64,000 nt of DNA from Octopus vulgaris. Lineage: Eukaryota. Of the stretch, positions 26,694 to 37,351 are shown piece after piece. The stretch covers positions 25,234,001 to 25,298,000 of the forward strand of contig OX597815.1 of NCBI GenBank assembly GCA_951406725.2, read 5' to 3'. Position 1 is the stretch's first letter, and each line of letters opens with the position of its first letter. A model generated the notes under the pieces. It was not told where the DNA came from, did not search any database, and worked only from the letters and a program-made list of their open reading frames with translations. The position numbers and the translations under genes are program-made.

Positions 26694-28669
26694 GCAAGAG
26701 TGGCTGTGTGGTAAGTAGCTTGTTTACCAACCACATGGTTCCGGGTTCAGTCCCACTGCGGGGCACCTTGGGCAAGTATCTTCTACTATAGCCTCAGACC
26801 GACCAAAACCTTGTGAGTGGATTTGGTAGACGGAAACTGAAAGAAGCCCGTCGTATATATGTATATATATATATGCGTGTGTGTGTTTGTGTGTCTGTGT
26901 TTGTCCCCCTAGCATTGCTTGACAACCGATGCTGGTGTGTTTATGTCCCCGTTACTTTGCGGTTCAGCAAAAAAGACCGATAGAATAAGTACTGGGCTTA
27001 CAAAAGAATAAGTCCCGGGGTCGAGTTGCTCGATTAAAGGTGGTGCTCCAGCATGGCTGCAGTCAAATGACTGAAACAAGTAAAAGAGTAATAAGCTAAA
27101 CATTTCAAGTTGTACATAAAAGCTAAGTACATAGAAAGATAGAAAAGTGGCTTGTTAAACTGACTTTAATTTTTTCTACATCAAAGATACACTACAGGAC
27201 ATTCTAAGCTAAGAACAAGCCACTATACCTGATATATGTCTACCTGGAGAAAACATCTGATAGAATACCACACTCTGTAGCAAAAAAGAAAAAAAAAACC
27301 TAGGGTGTAGGTAAATGGTTTGTCAGAACCATGCAAATTATGTATTGAGATATTGTCAAAAAACTGAGAGCTAGCAACAAGTTCAGCAAATATACTACCA
27401 TGCAGACAAGTACTCATCTTGGCTCAGTTCTCAGCCTGCTTTGTTTATTACAACTCCCCAGACCATAACAGGTGTTTACACTAGGCAGTTCACAGGTACT
27501 CTCGTATGCAAAGACCTTGTATACGATTACAGAAGGAATTTGAAACATGGAAGGGAAACTTAGAACTGAGAAAGGAAAGAAGGCAGGGCAGTGTGGTTAA
27601 GAAGTTTGCTTCACAACCATGTGGTTTCAGGTTCAGTCCTGCTACACAGTACCTTAGGCATCAGTCTTCTACTATTGCTCCAGGCTAACCAATGTCTTGT
27701 AAATGAATATGGTAGATGGAAACTGTATTAAGCTTATCTCATATATATCAACATAGATGGCTACATGCAAGTGCCAAGTAATCCAAATAGGGAACCTGGA
27801 AGAAGGAAGACCAAGAAAGATGATGAAGTGAAAGATGATCTCCATAGGTCAAACCTCATCAAGAAGACAAGACACAGCAACAATGCTATGTTGGAAAAAA
27901 ACACGTCCAATATATGGAAAATGAGGATTATGATGATTAGTATTTCATTGCTTGTGATTAACATCATCATCATTTAATGTCTTCTTTCCATGCTGGCATG
28001 GGTTGGACGGTTTGACAGAAAACTGGCAAGCCAGGGTCTGCACCAGGTTCCAATTTGATTTGGCAAGGTTTCTATGGCTGGATGCCCTTCCTAATGCCAG
28101 CCACTCCAAGAGTGTAGTGGGTGTTCTTTGTGTGCCATTGATCTGAGACCGGCATCGGTCATGACTGCAGTCTCACTTGGCTTAACAGGTCAACACAAGC
28201 ACAGTATATCGTCAAGGGTTTTGACCACCTGCCACTGCCTCCAAGAGGCTCAATGCTCGAATGGTGCTTTTTGCATGCTACCGGCACGGGTGCCAATCAG
28301 ATGACACTGGCATCAGCCACAACTATGATTTCACTCATTTCAACAGGTTTTAACAAGCACAGCATATCACCCAACGATTGAAGAGTGCTTTTAAAGGGCC
28401 AGTCATGCAACACTGGCATCAGCCATTACTACGATCCCACTTGGTTTAGAATGGACGGAACAGGAAAGACATCATATATCAAATTTGAATGAAACAAGTT
28501 AACTCAGTATGAATGCAAATAGATAGGTTGCTAAAAAGCTATCCCATAGTTTATGGGTTGAAACCATACTATGTCATTGTCATCATGACCATCATCCCCA
28601 TTTTATGTCTGTTTTTCCATGATTGCCAATGTATCAAAATTTGCTTGGATTACAAATGAGGTAGAAAGC

Positions 28670-28898
28670 TTAACCCTTTCATTACTGTATATATTTTCAG
28701 ATGTTCTGTGTTTCTTCCAATTATTTTTAATATAACAAAGAATTTAGTAAAATAACATTGTCATAATTAAGCTAGTTTTAGGAACATAAATTGTGACTAA
28801 GGTTTGGTGGAAGATTTTAATTCAGAACTTTTGAAAATCAGACATTTGTACTAAAGAGCCAGAGCCGGTTTCAGCCGGGTTAGTAATGAAAGGGTTAA
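28670..28898 (+). mobile_element. piggyBac-type MITE family B, about 225 bp (other copies 14148-14374, 25778-26230, 35598-36415, 41747-42193)
   Basis: TTAA|CCCTTTCATTAC ... GTAATGAAAGGG|TTAA. Interior differs from family A. Confidence 0.9.
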
Positions 28899-29466
28899 TG
28901 GCTTATACTGGCTGCAAAGGGATCAGTCATAAAATGTCTAAAACTAGAGTAAGCTTGATTTTATAACGTGTTACTGAGAAACTAAGGTACATTCCCAAAT
29001 AAGATTATATTCGAAGCATAAAAATACTTCAATAGAGTGGATTTATTTATTTTAAATAATGGCTAATACACTCATGCAAAAAGTTCTGGAATTAGGAATC
29101 GTAATGAGCATTCAGGTTAACTGTAGTTCAACAATCATCTTACACTGAGAAGAGCCACAGATTAGAAAAGAAAGGAATTACCCGAAGAAAATTGTTAGTA
29201 CTTAACCCTTTAGCATTTAAACCGGCCATATCCGGCCCAAATATTCTGTTTTATGTTCAAACTGGCCAGATCCAGTTTCTCACACTGATCCTACAATGTC
29301 ATTCTAAAAATAAACAATCACATCATCGAAATCTTGAAGCTACAAGATAATGCATGATTAATTCAAAACAGTGTGAATAAATAAGCATTACATATGAGAG
29401 AGTAATCTGAATGCTAAAGGGTTACAATTTATAACGATAAAAATGCGTAGATAAAAGGTGATTTAC

Positions 29467-29554
29467 ATCATCCAGCTTTGATTTTGCAAGTTTACGGTTT
29501 TCATCTAACTTCTTCTTCAAGTTCTTGTCATAAGTAGCAGGATCAGTAGTAACT
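29467..29554 (-). CDS. DAXX: DAXX coding exon 6
   Basis: DPATYDKNLKKKLDENRKLAKSKLDD versus human DPALSDPVLARRLRENRSLAMSRLDE. CAG acceptor, GTAAAT donor. Confidence 0.92.
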
Positions 29555-30548
29555 CTGACGAAAAAAGAAATGAAATAAAGGTTAATACTTTAAGCAAAAG
29601 CGAGATCTTCAATTAAAATTTTTCATTCCAAAACACAATTGGATGGTGGAAGTACTCCGTCGGTTACGACGACGAGGGTTCTGGTTGATCCGATCAACGG
29701 AACAGCCTGCTCGTGAAATTAACGTGTAAGTGGCTGAGCACTCCACAGACACGTGTACCCTTAACGTAGTTCTCAGGGATATTCAGCGTGACACAGAGAG
29801 TGATAAGGCCGGCCCTTTGAAATACAGGCACAACAGAAACAAGAAGTAAGAGTGAGAGAGAAAGTTGTGGTGAAAGAGTACAGCAGGGATCACTACCATC
29901 CCTGCCGGAGCTTCGTGGAGCTTTTAGGTGTTTTCACTCAATAAACACTCACAACGCCCGGTCTGGGAATCGAAACCGCGATCCTACGACCGCGAGTCCG
30001 CTGCCCTAACCACGGGGCCATTGCGCCTCCTTAAAGATAAACGAAACACCGTTAAGCATTTTGCCGGGCGAGTTAACGATTCTTCCAGCTCGCCGCCTTC
30101 CAAAACACAATAAGGAAGTCAACTAATTAAGAGATCAAGCCTAGTGAGCTGAGTTGGTTGATGGAAACTGAAAGAAGCCTATCCTCTATCTGTGTGTGTG
30201 TGTGTGTGTTTATGTTACTGTCTCCTAGCTTTGACTTTATGTGATAATTATAAACGAATGTCACCGACATGCAAGCTGTGCCCTTCATATCCAATCTTCC
30301 ATGAAAACATGTCTGGCTATGCAGAAACATTACCTACCTTGGAAAAAGGTGAGGGTTGGTGACAGGAAGGGCTGGAGAAAGACCACCTCAACAAATTTCA
30401 TCCAACCCACGCAAGCATGGAAAAGTGAACGTCACATAATGACGATGTCAGACTATATCCAAAATTTCTTCCCATCCTCATTCAAAAACATGAAAATATT
30501 AGCTGACTAATAATGATTTTTTTGTTTCAATGCATATTTATTTACTGT

Positions 30549-30933
30549 GGAGGCGCAATGGCCCAGTGGTTAGGGCAGCGGACTCGCGGTCGTAGGATCG
30601 CGGTTTTGATTCGCAGACCGGGCGTCGTGAGTGTTTATTGAGCGAACACACCTAAAAGCTCCACGAGGCTCCGGCAGGGGATGGTGGTGATCCCTGCTGT
30701 ACTCTTTCACCACAACTTTCTCTCACTCTTACTTCCTGTCTCTGTTGTACCTGTATTTCAAGGGGCCAGTCTTGTCACTCTCTGTGTCACGCTGAATATC
30801 CCCGAGAACTACGTTAAGGGTGCACGTGTCTGTGGAGTGCTCAGCCACTTACACGTTAATTTCACGAGCAGGCTGTTCCGTTGATTCGGATCAACCGGAA
30901 CCCTCATCGTCGTAACCGACGGAGTGCTTCCAC
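30549..30933 (+). mobile_element. tRNA(Arg)-like SINE family B with 13-bp TSD (other copies 17815-18196 -, 29646-30030 -, 45548-45930 -, 53864-54201 -)
   Basis: Head GGAGGCGCAATGGCCCAGTGGTTAGGGCAGCGGACTCGCGG. TSD ATTTATTTACTGT at 30536-30548 and 30934-30946. The other copies have TSDs CTAATACTTAT and GCAAATAGAAAT. Confidence 0.92.
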
Positions 30934-32016
30934 ATTTATTTACTGTTAGCTTTTCAAGAATCTATGTATTGAAGATGTTAACAGTAGCTTACCTATTGGT
31001 TTTCCTATTGAATGGTGTCTGGATTATGCATTACCGATAAAATCAAAATAAAACTAAAACACGTCCGGATTTGTCTCCCATTCTTCCTAAAAATTTGAAT
31101 GTAATATTAGTTATTCACTAATATATTTTCTCTCAGTGAATATTTATTTGGCGCGTAAAAAGCACCAACCGATCGTGGCCGTTGCCAGCCTCCCCTGGCA
31201 CCTGTGCTGGTGGCACACAAAAAGCACCATCTGTACGTGGCCGATGCCAGTGCCGCCTTGACTGGCTTCCGTGCCGGTGGCACATAAAAAGCACCAACCG
31301 ATCGTGACCTTTGCCAGCCTCACCTGGCACCTGGCACCTAGAAAGCACCATCCGTACATGGCCGATGCCAGTGCCAGTGGCACATAAAAAGCACCATCCA
31401 TACATGCTTCAAATAATATGTATGACATAACTACACTCACAGAGTGGTTGGTGTTAGGAAGGGCATCCAGCTGTAGAAACACCGCCAGATCTGACTGGCC
31501 TGGTGCAGCCTCCGGGCTTCCCAGACCCCAGTTGAACCGTCCAACCCATGCTAGCATGGAAAGCGGACGCTAAATGATGATGATGATGATGATTGCAACT
31601 GATATGAACAACAGAGTTCTTTTATCAATTAGGGATATATTTTTGGCTTTTGTTTTCAATAAACTTATACTAAATGAAATACAAATTGTAGGATAATATC
31701 TGCCTGCCATAACTTCAACATATCCCCACATATCCTTTAGCATGTAAACTGACCATATCTGGTTCAAATAGTCTACTTGTTTATGTTCAGACCAGCCAGA
31801 TGCAACCTCTAACAAAATATTGATGTTATGAGATAATGCATGGTTAATTCAAAATAACGTGAATAAATAAACATTACATTTGATGGAATAATGTGAATGG
31901 TAGAGTTAAGATTACACTCAATGAGATTACACTGAGATATATGAACAGGAATAATTCAAATTACATATTGTCAATCTCAGTACACCAATTCAAAGGTAAG
32001 AAAACCATTTAAATAC

Positions 32017-32136
32017 CTGTATGCTTCAGTTTGACTATTTCCAAATGTCAGGATAAAATCACGATGACGCCTTTCTTGGAGTTGATTCCCAACATCAGTA
32101 AATGCTTCTCTGGCTAAGTCTTCAACATTTGTTTTT
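32017..32136 (-). CDS. DAXX: DAXX coding exon 5
   Basis: LAREAFTDVGNQLQERRHRDFILTFG versus human MAQDAFRDVGIRLQERRHLDLIYNFG. 120 nt, canonical splice sites. Confidence 0.95.
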
Positions 32137-32256
32137 CTAAAGTAAATGGCAATTCATGTCAGAAGATTAGGACAAAATATAGAGCATAAAAACAAACAAG
32201 TATATATGAAAACAGACTCCTTTTCCCTGATGAAGCTTTAACAAATAACAACTTAC

Positions 32257-32383
32257 CCTAAATATAACTTATGTTCTGTGTTCACATGATTAATAATATT
32301 TTTGATATCATTATAATCTGGGAAAATTTTTTTCTTGTTGATAAACTTTTCAATTTTTTTATTGACTTCAGTATAACGAGTAC
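32257..32383 (-). CDS. DAXX: DAXX coding exon 4
   Basis: GTRYTEVNKKIEKFINKKKIFPDYNDI versus human GTRYPEVNRRIERLINK...FPDYGDV. AG/GTAAGT boundaries, phases 1 and 2 consistent. Confidence 0.95.
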
Positions 32384-33007
32384 CTATAAAACAAAATACA
32401 AAGAATTTTAACGAGATTTCACTGTAAAAGCAAATATTAGAAAAAAGTCTACACTAAGAGTAAGTAGTTATGACTATCCCCATCATGCCATCACCACTTC
32501 ATGCTTTTCCTTCACAACTGTATCCTCCTGCACTCCCATCATCAAATCTTTGAAAGTTCAAATCAATTTTGAATTCTCTCAACTTCCTGAAGCTACTCAT
32601 CTCTAAAGGCCTTTTAAGGAATTTAAGCATTACTCTTCTTTCTTGGACTAACAAAAAATTTTTCAAAAATTAACCAACACATAGGCGCAGGAGTGGTTGT
32701 GTGGTAAGTAGCTTGCTAACCAACCACATGGTTCCGGGTTCAGTCCCATTGCGAGGCACCTTGCGCAAGTGTCTTCTGCTATAGCCCCGGGCCGACCAAT
32801 GCCTTGTGAGTGGATTTGGTAGACAGAAACTGAAAGAAGCCCATCGTATATATGTATATATATATATGTGTGTGTTTGTGTGTCTGTGTTTGTCCCCCTA
32901 GCATTGCTTGACAACCGATGCTGGTGTGTTTACGTCCCCGTCACTTAGCAGTTCGCCAAAAAGAGACCGATAGAATAAGTACTGGGCTTACAAAGAATAA
33001 GTCCCGG

Positions 33008-35577
33008 AGGTAACGTGGTGGTGGAACAATGTTGTAGACAGGGCTATTAGAGAAAAGAGACAGGCTTGGAAGGACTGGAAGGACTGGAAGAATGGTGGTA
33101 GCAGAGAATTGTATCAGACTGCCAAAATGAAAGCTAGGAGACAGGTCTATCTAGCCAGAGGGGAAGCAGATAAGAAACAATTTGCCAATGTTCTGCGCCG
33201 TGAGGACCAAAGACTGGAGGTGTTTCGTGTTGCAAGACAGTGTGTGAGAGAGAATTGTGATGTGATAGGAGAGAAATGTGTTCGCATGGAAGATGGTTCA
33301 CTTGCACTAAATGAGGATGCAAAGAGAGGTTTGGAGACACCACTATGAAAGGTTGCTGAATAAAGAAAATGAATGGGATAAAGAGAGTCTGCCTAATGTC
33401 GACCCAACAGAGGGACCAGTTATCCGAGTTGACAGTTCCTAGGTAGTTAAGGCATGAAGACAGGGAAAGCCCCAGGCCCATCAGGAATCACTGCAGAGAT
33501 GCTCTGGTAGTGTCGGCTATAACCTAGTCACCCGTATAGTTAATCAGGTGATACACGAAGGGGTCATACCCAATGACTGGTGTAGTAGCATAATAGTCAA
33601 CTGCTACAAAGGTAAAGGTGATGCCCTAGATACAAATAATTACAGGGGTATCAAGCTGTTAGATCAGGTAATGAAGGTTACAGAGAGAGTCATAGCCCAA
33701 CTAATTAGAGAGAGAGTTAGTTTAGATGAGATGCAGTTTGGGTTCGTGCCAGAGAAAAGTACCACTGATGCTATATTCCTGGTAAGGCAGCTACAGGAGA
33801 AATACCTAGCCAAAGATAAGCCCCTGTACCTGGCTTTTGTTGACATGGAGAAAGCCTTCGACAGGGTCCCCAGATCCCTGATCTGGTGGTCAATGAGGAA
33901 ACTAGGGATAGATGACTGGTTAGTGAGAGCTGTGCGAGCCATGTATAGGGACGCTGCTAGTAAGGTGAGGGTAGGCAACGAGTACAGTGAAGAATTCCGG
34001 GTAGAGGTAGGGGTCCACCAAGACTCAGTCCTCAGCCCCCTCCTATTTATCATAGTCCTCCAGGCAATAACGGAGGAATTCAAGACAGGATGCCCCTGGG
34101 AGCTCCTCTATGCTGATGACCTTGCTCTAATTGCTGAGTCACTATCAGAACTGGAGAAGTTCCTGGTGTGGAAGCAAGGATTAGAATCAAAGGGCCTTAG
34201 AGTCAATCTAGCTAAAACCAAAGTCCTAATAAGTAGGAAGGTAGACAAATCACAAACGCCTTCAGGTAGATGGCCCTGCTCGATCTGTAGAAAAGGTGTA
34301 GGTAGAAACTCTATAAGATGCACCAAGTGTAAGCTATGGACACATAAGAGGTGCAGCAATGTCAAAGGAAGGCTAACTAGGAAGATAGTTTTTGTATGTG
34401 GCAGATGCTCAGGAGCAATAAACACTGAAAATGCTCTGAGACCAACTACTGCCACTTTCCGGAGAGAAAAACTAGAAATAGTTGATAGCTTCCGTTACCT
34501 AGGTGACCAAGTCAGTAGCGGGGGTGGGTGTGCTGAAAGTTTAACTGCTAGAGTAAGAATAGCTTGGGCAAAGTTCAGAGAGCTTTTACCTCTGCTGGTG
34601 ACAAAAGGCCTCTCGCTCAGAGTAAAAGGCAGACTGTATGACGTGTGTGTACGAACAGCCATGCTACGTGGCAGTGAAACATGGGCCGTGCCTGCTGAGG
34701 ATATGCGTATGCTCGCAAGAAATGAAGCCACTATGCTCCGATGGATGTGTAATGTCTGTGTTCATACTCGACAGAGTGTAAGTACCTTGAGAGAAAAGCT
34801 GGACCTAAGAAGCATCAGATGTGGTGTGCAAGAGAGACGTTTGCGCTGGTATGGTCATGTGGCGAGAATGGATGAAGATAGTTGTGTGAAAAAGTGCCAC
34901 ACCCTAGTGGTTGAGGGAACCTGTGAAAGAGGCAGACCCAGGAAAACCTGGGACAAGGTGGTGAAGCACGACCTTCGAACTTTAGGTCCCACTGAAGAAA
35001 TGACTAGAGACCAAGACCTCTGGAAGTATGCAGTGCGTGAGAAGACCCGGCAGGACAATTGAGACCATAACCTGTGGCCTCTACACGGGATGTAGCCAGT
35101 CCACTTATGCATACCTTTCCTTCTTGGGACACAAAACTCTACTTGTGAAGACCTGTTGAGGCAAGTGATAATCGAAATCGATCAATGGAAATTGCAGCTG
35201 AGATACCAGTGCCGGTGGCACGTAAGAGAACCATCCGAACGTGGCCGTAGCCAGCGCCGCCCGACTGGCCTCGTGCCGGTGGCATGTAAAAAGCACCATC
35301 CATTCGTGGCTGTTGACAGCCTCGCCTGGCCCCCGTGCCAGTGGCACATAAAAAGCACCATCCGATCGTGGCCGTTTGCCAGACTCGTCTGGCACCTGTG
35401 CCGGTGGCACGTAAAAAGCACCCACTACACTCACGGAGTGGTTGGCGTTAGGAAGGGCATCCAGCCGTAGAAACATTGCCAGATCAGACTGGGCCTGGTG
35501 CAGCCTTCTGGCTTCCCAGACTCCAGTTGAACCATCCAACCCATGCTAGCATGGAAAGCGGACGCTAAACGATGATA
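33008..35577 (+). mobile_element. 5'-truncated RTE-clade LINE (RT ORF 33548-35062, repeat-containing 3' UTR, (GAT)n tail); defective
   Basis: RT motifs NYRGIKLL, QFGF, FVDMEKAFD, YADD, FRYLG, ETW, LRWYGHVARM, GRPRKTW. Upstream frameshifts and stops, and QGS mutated to QDS. Fused to a truncated SINE at its 5' end. Confidence 0.95.
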
Positions 35578-35772
35578 TATTTATAAACTGAAAAATATTA
35601 AGCGTTTCATTACCAACCCGGCTGAAAGCTGCTCTGGCTCTGAGTGCTAATGTTTTGTTTTCATAAGTTTTGAATTAAAACCTTCCAAGCCTTAGTTACA
35701 ATTTATGTTCTTGATACTAGCTGAATGATAACTAAGTTATTTTACTAAATTCTTCGTTACATTTAAAGATAA

Positions 35773-36136
35773 CTAGCACGATGACCCGGCAACGCCAGGT
35801 CATAGTGCTAGTGCATGCATATACACCTGCGTGCGTGTGCACATACATGTGAGTACTGTCCAAATCTCCAACCAATCACATACAGCTAGCTGGCATTTAA
35901 TTGGTGTATCAAGTTTCGGGCATTTTGATTGGGTTTTGGATAGAAAATTCACAAAAAAGTCACTTCTATTGACTTTTTAATGGCTTTGCAGGGTGACTGG
36001 GGAAATGTAAAGATGTGCACGACCACCCTTGGATGGTTTTAAATGACCATAGAAAGTGCGAGACCTCTAACTGAAAAATTGTGGATTTGTATAAAGGACA
36101 CACACGCAGACATTTTGCCATTTATATAAAGAGAGA
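35773..36136 (-). mobile_element. Non-autonomous Helitron-type element (family H1) inserted in a TTAA MITE
   Basis: Minus strand TC...CTAG with a terminal hairpin. Splits the MITE sequence ATAA|TTGAAAG, which is intact in the MITE at 14148-14374. Confidence 0.9.
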
Positions 36137-36429
36137 TTGAAAGTAACACAGAGCATCTCAAAGCCGGTGGCACATAAAAAGCACCAACCGATCGTGGCCA
36201 ATGCCAGACCCCTCTGTCACCTGTGCAGGTGGCACGTAAAAAGCACCCACTACACTTGCGGAGTGGTTGGCGTTAGGAAGGGCATCCAGCTGTAGAAACA
36301 CTGCCAGATCAGACTGGAGCCTGGTGCAGCCCCTGGCTCCCAGGACCCCGGTCGAACCGTCCAACCCGTGCTAGCGCGGAAAACGGACGTTAAACGATGA
36401 TGATGAAAGGGTTAAAAAGATTAACATAC

Positions 36430-36622
36430 CATTATAATGAAATTTTCTTTCAATTGGCCGCCCAGTTTTAGTATCTTGATTTTTAAGTTCACATAACTTT
36501 TCCCAAACTTTCACAAACTTTTTCTGCAGTCGATCTTCATAAAGATATGCGGAATCATCAGTTTCCATTTCTTCAAGATCAAGTTCTTTTTCATTTGCTG
36601 CCTTAATTTCTTTATCGATTTC
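36430..36622 (-). CDS. DAXX: DAXX coding exon 3 (H3.3/H4 histone-binding domain)
   Basis: EKELDLEEMETDDSAYLYEDRLQKKFVKVWEKLCELK...TGRPIERKFHYN versus human EKELDLSELDDPDSAYLQEARLK...LCELK...TGRVIEQRIPY. GTATGT donor. Confidence 0.95.
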
Positions 36623-37318
36623 CTTTATTAATAAAATAGAGGTAGATGATAAAAAAGAAAAAAAGAAAGAAATTACAAACTTAACATGATAAAATTTAAA
36701 AACAATTACTCAAAAAAAAAAACCCTCAACATGTTATTATTAACATATTAACCCTTTAGTGTTTAAACCGGCCATATCCAGCCCAAATATTCTACATGTT
36801 TTATATTCAAACCGGCGATATCTGGCCTCTCACACCTAACCTACATTGACATTCTAAAAATAAACAATCACATCACTGAAACCTCAAAAGCTATAAGATA
36901 ATGCAGGATTAATTAAAAACAATTTGAGTAAAAAAATATTACATTTAACAGAGTAATCTGAACACTAAAGGGTTAACCCTTTAATATTTAGATTACTCTC
37001 GGGCGAAATGCTAAGCAGTATTTCATCTGTCTTTACATTCTGAATTCAAATTCCACTGAGGTGGACTTTGCCTTTCATCCTTTCAGGGTCAATAAATTAA
37101 GTACCAGTTGGACACTGGGGTTGATCTAATCAACTGCCCCCCCACCCAAAAAAAAATTTCGGGCCTTGTGCCAGGAGCAGAAAAGAATATCTATATTACT
37201 CTGGCAAATGTAATGCCAAATATTCATACATAATCAGGCGCAGGAGTGGCTGTGTGGTAAGTAGCTTGCTAACCAGCCACATGGTTCCGGGTTCAGTCCC
37301 ACTGCATGGCATCTGTCG

Positions 37319-37351
<33 letters not shown>

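Noticed and set aside
30549-30625. tRNA-Arg-like sequence
   Set aside because: It is the head of a multicopy SINE flanked by TSDs, with no proper acceptor stem or terminator.
32205-32245. CTGATGA and GAAA hammerhead-like words (also near 20300)
   Set aside because: No supporting stems in the required order.
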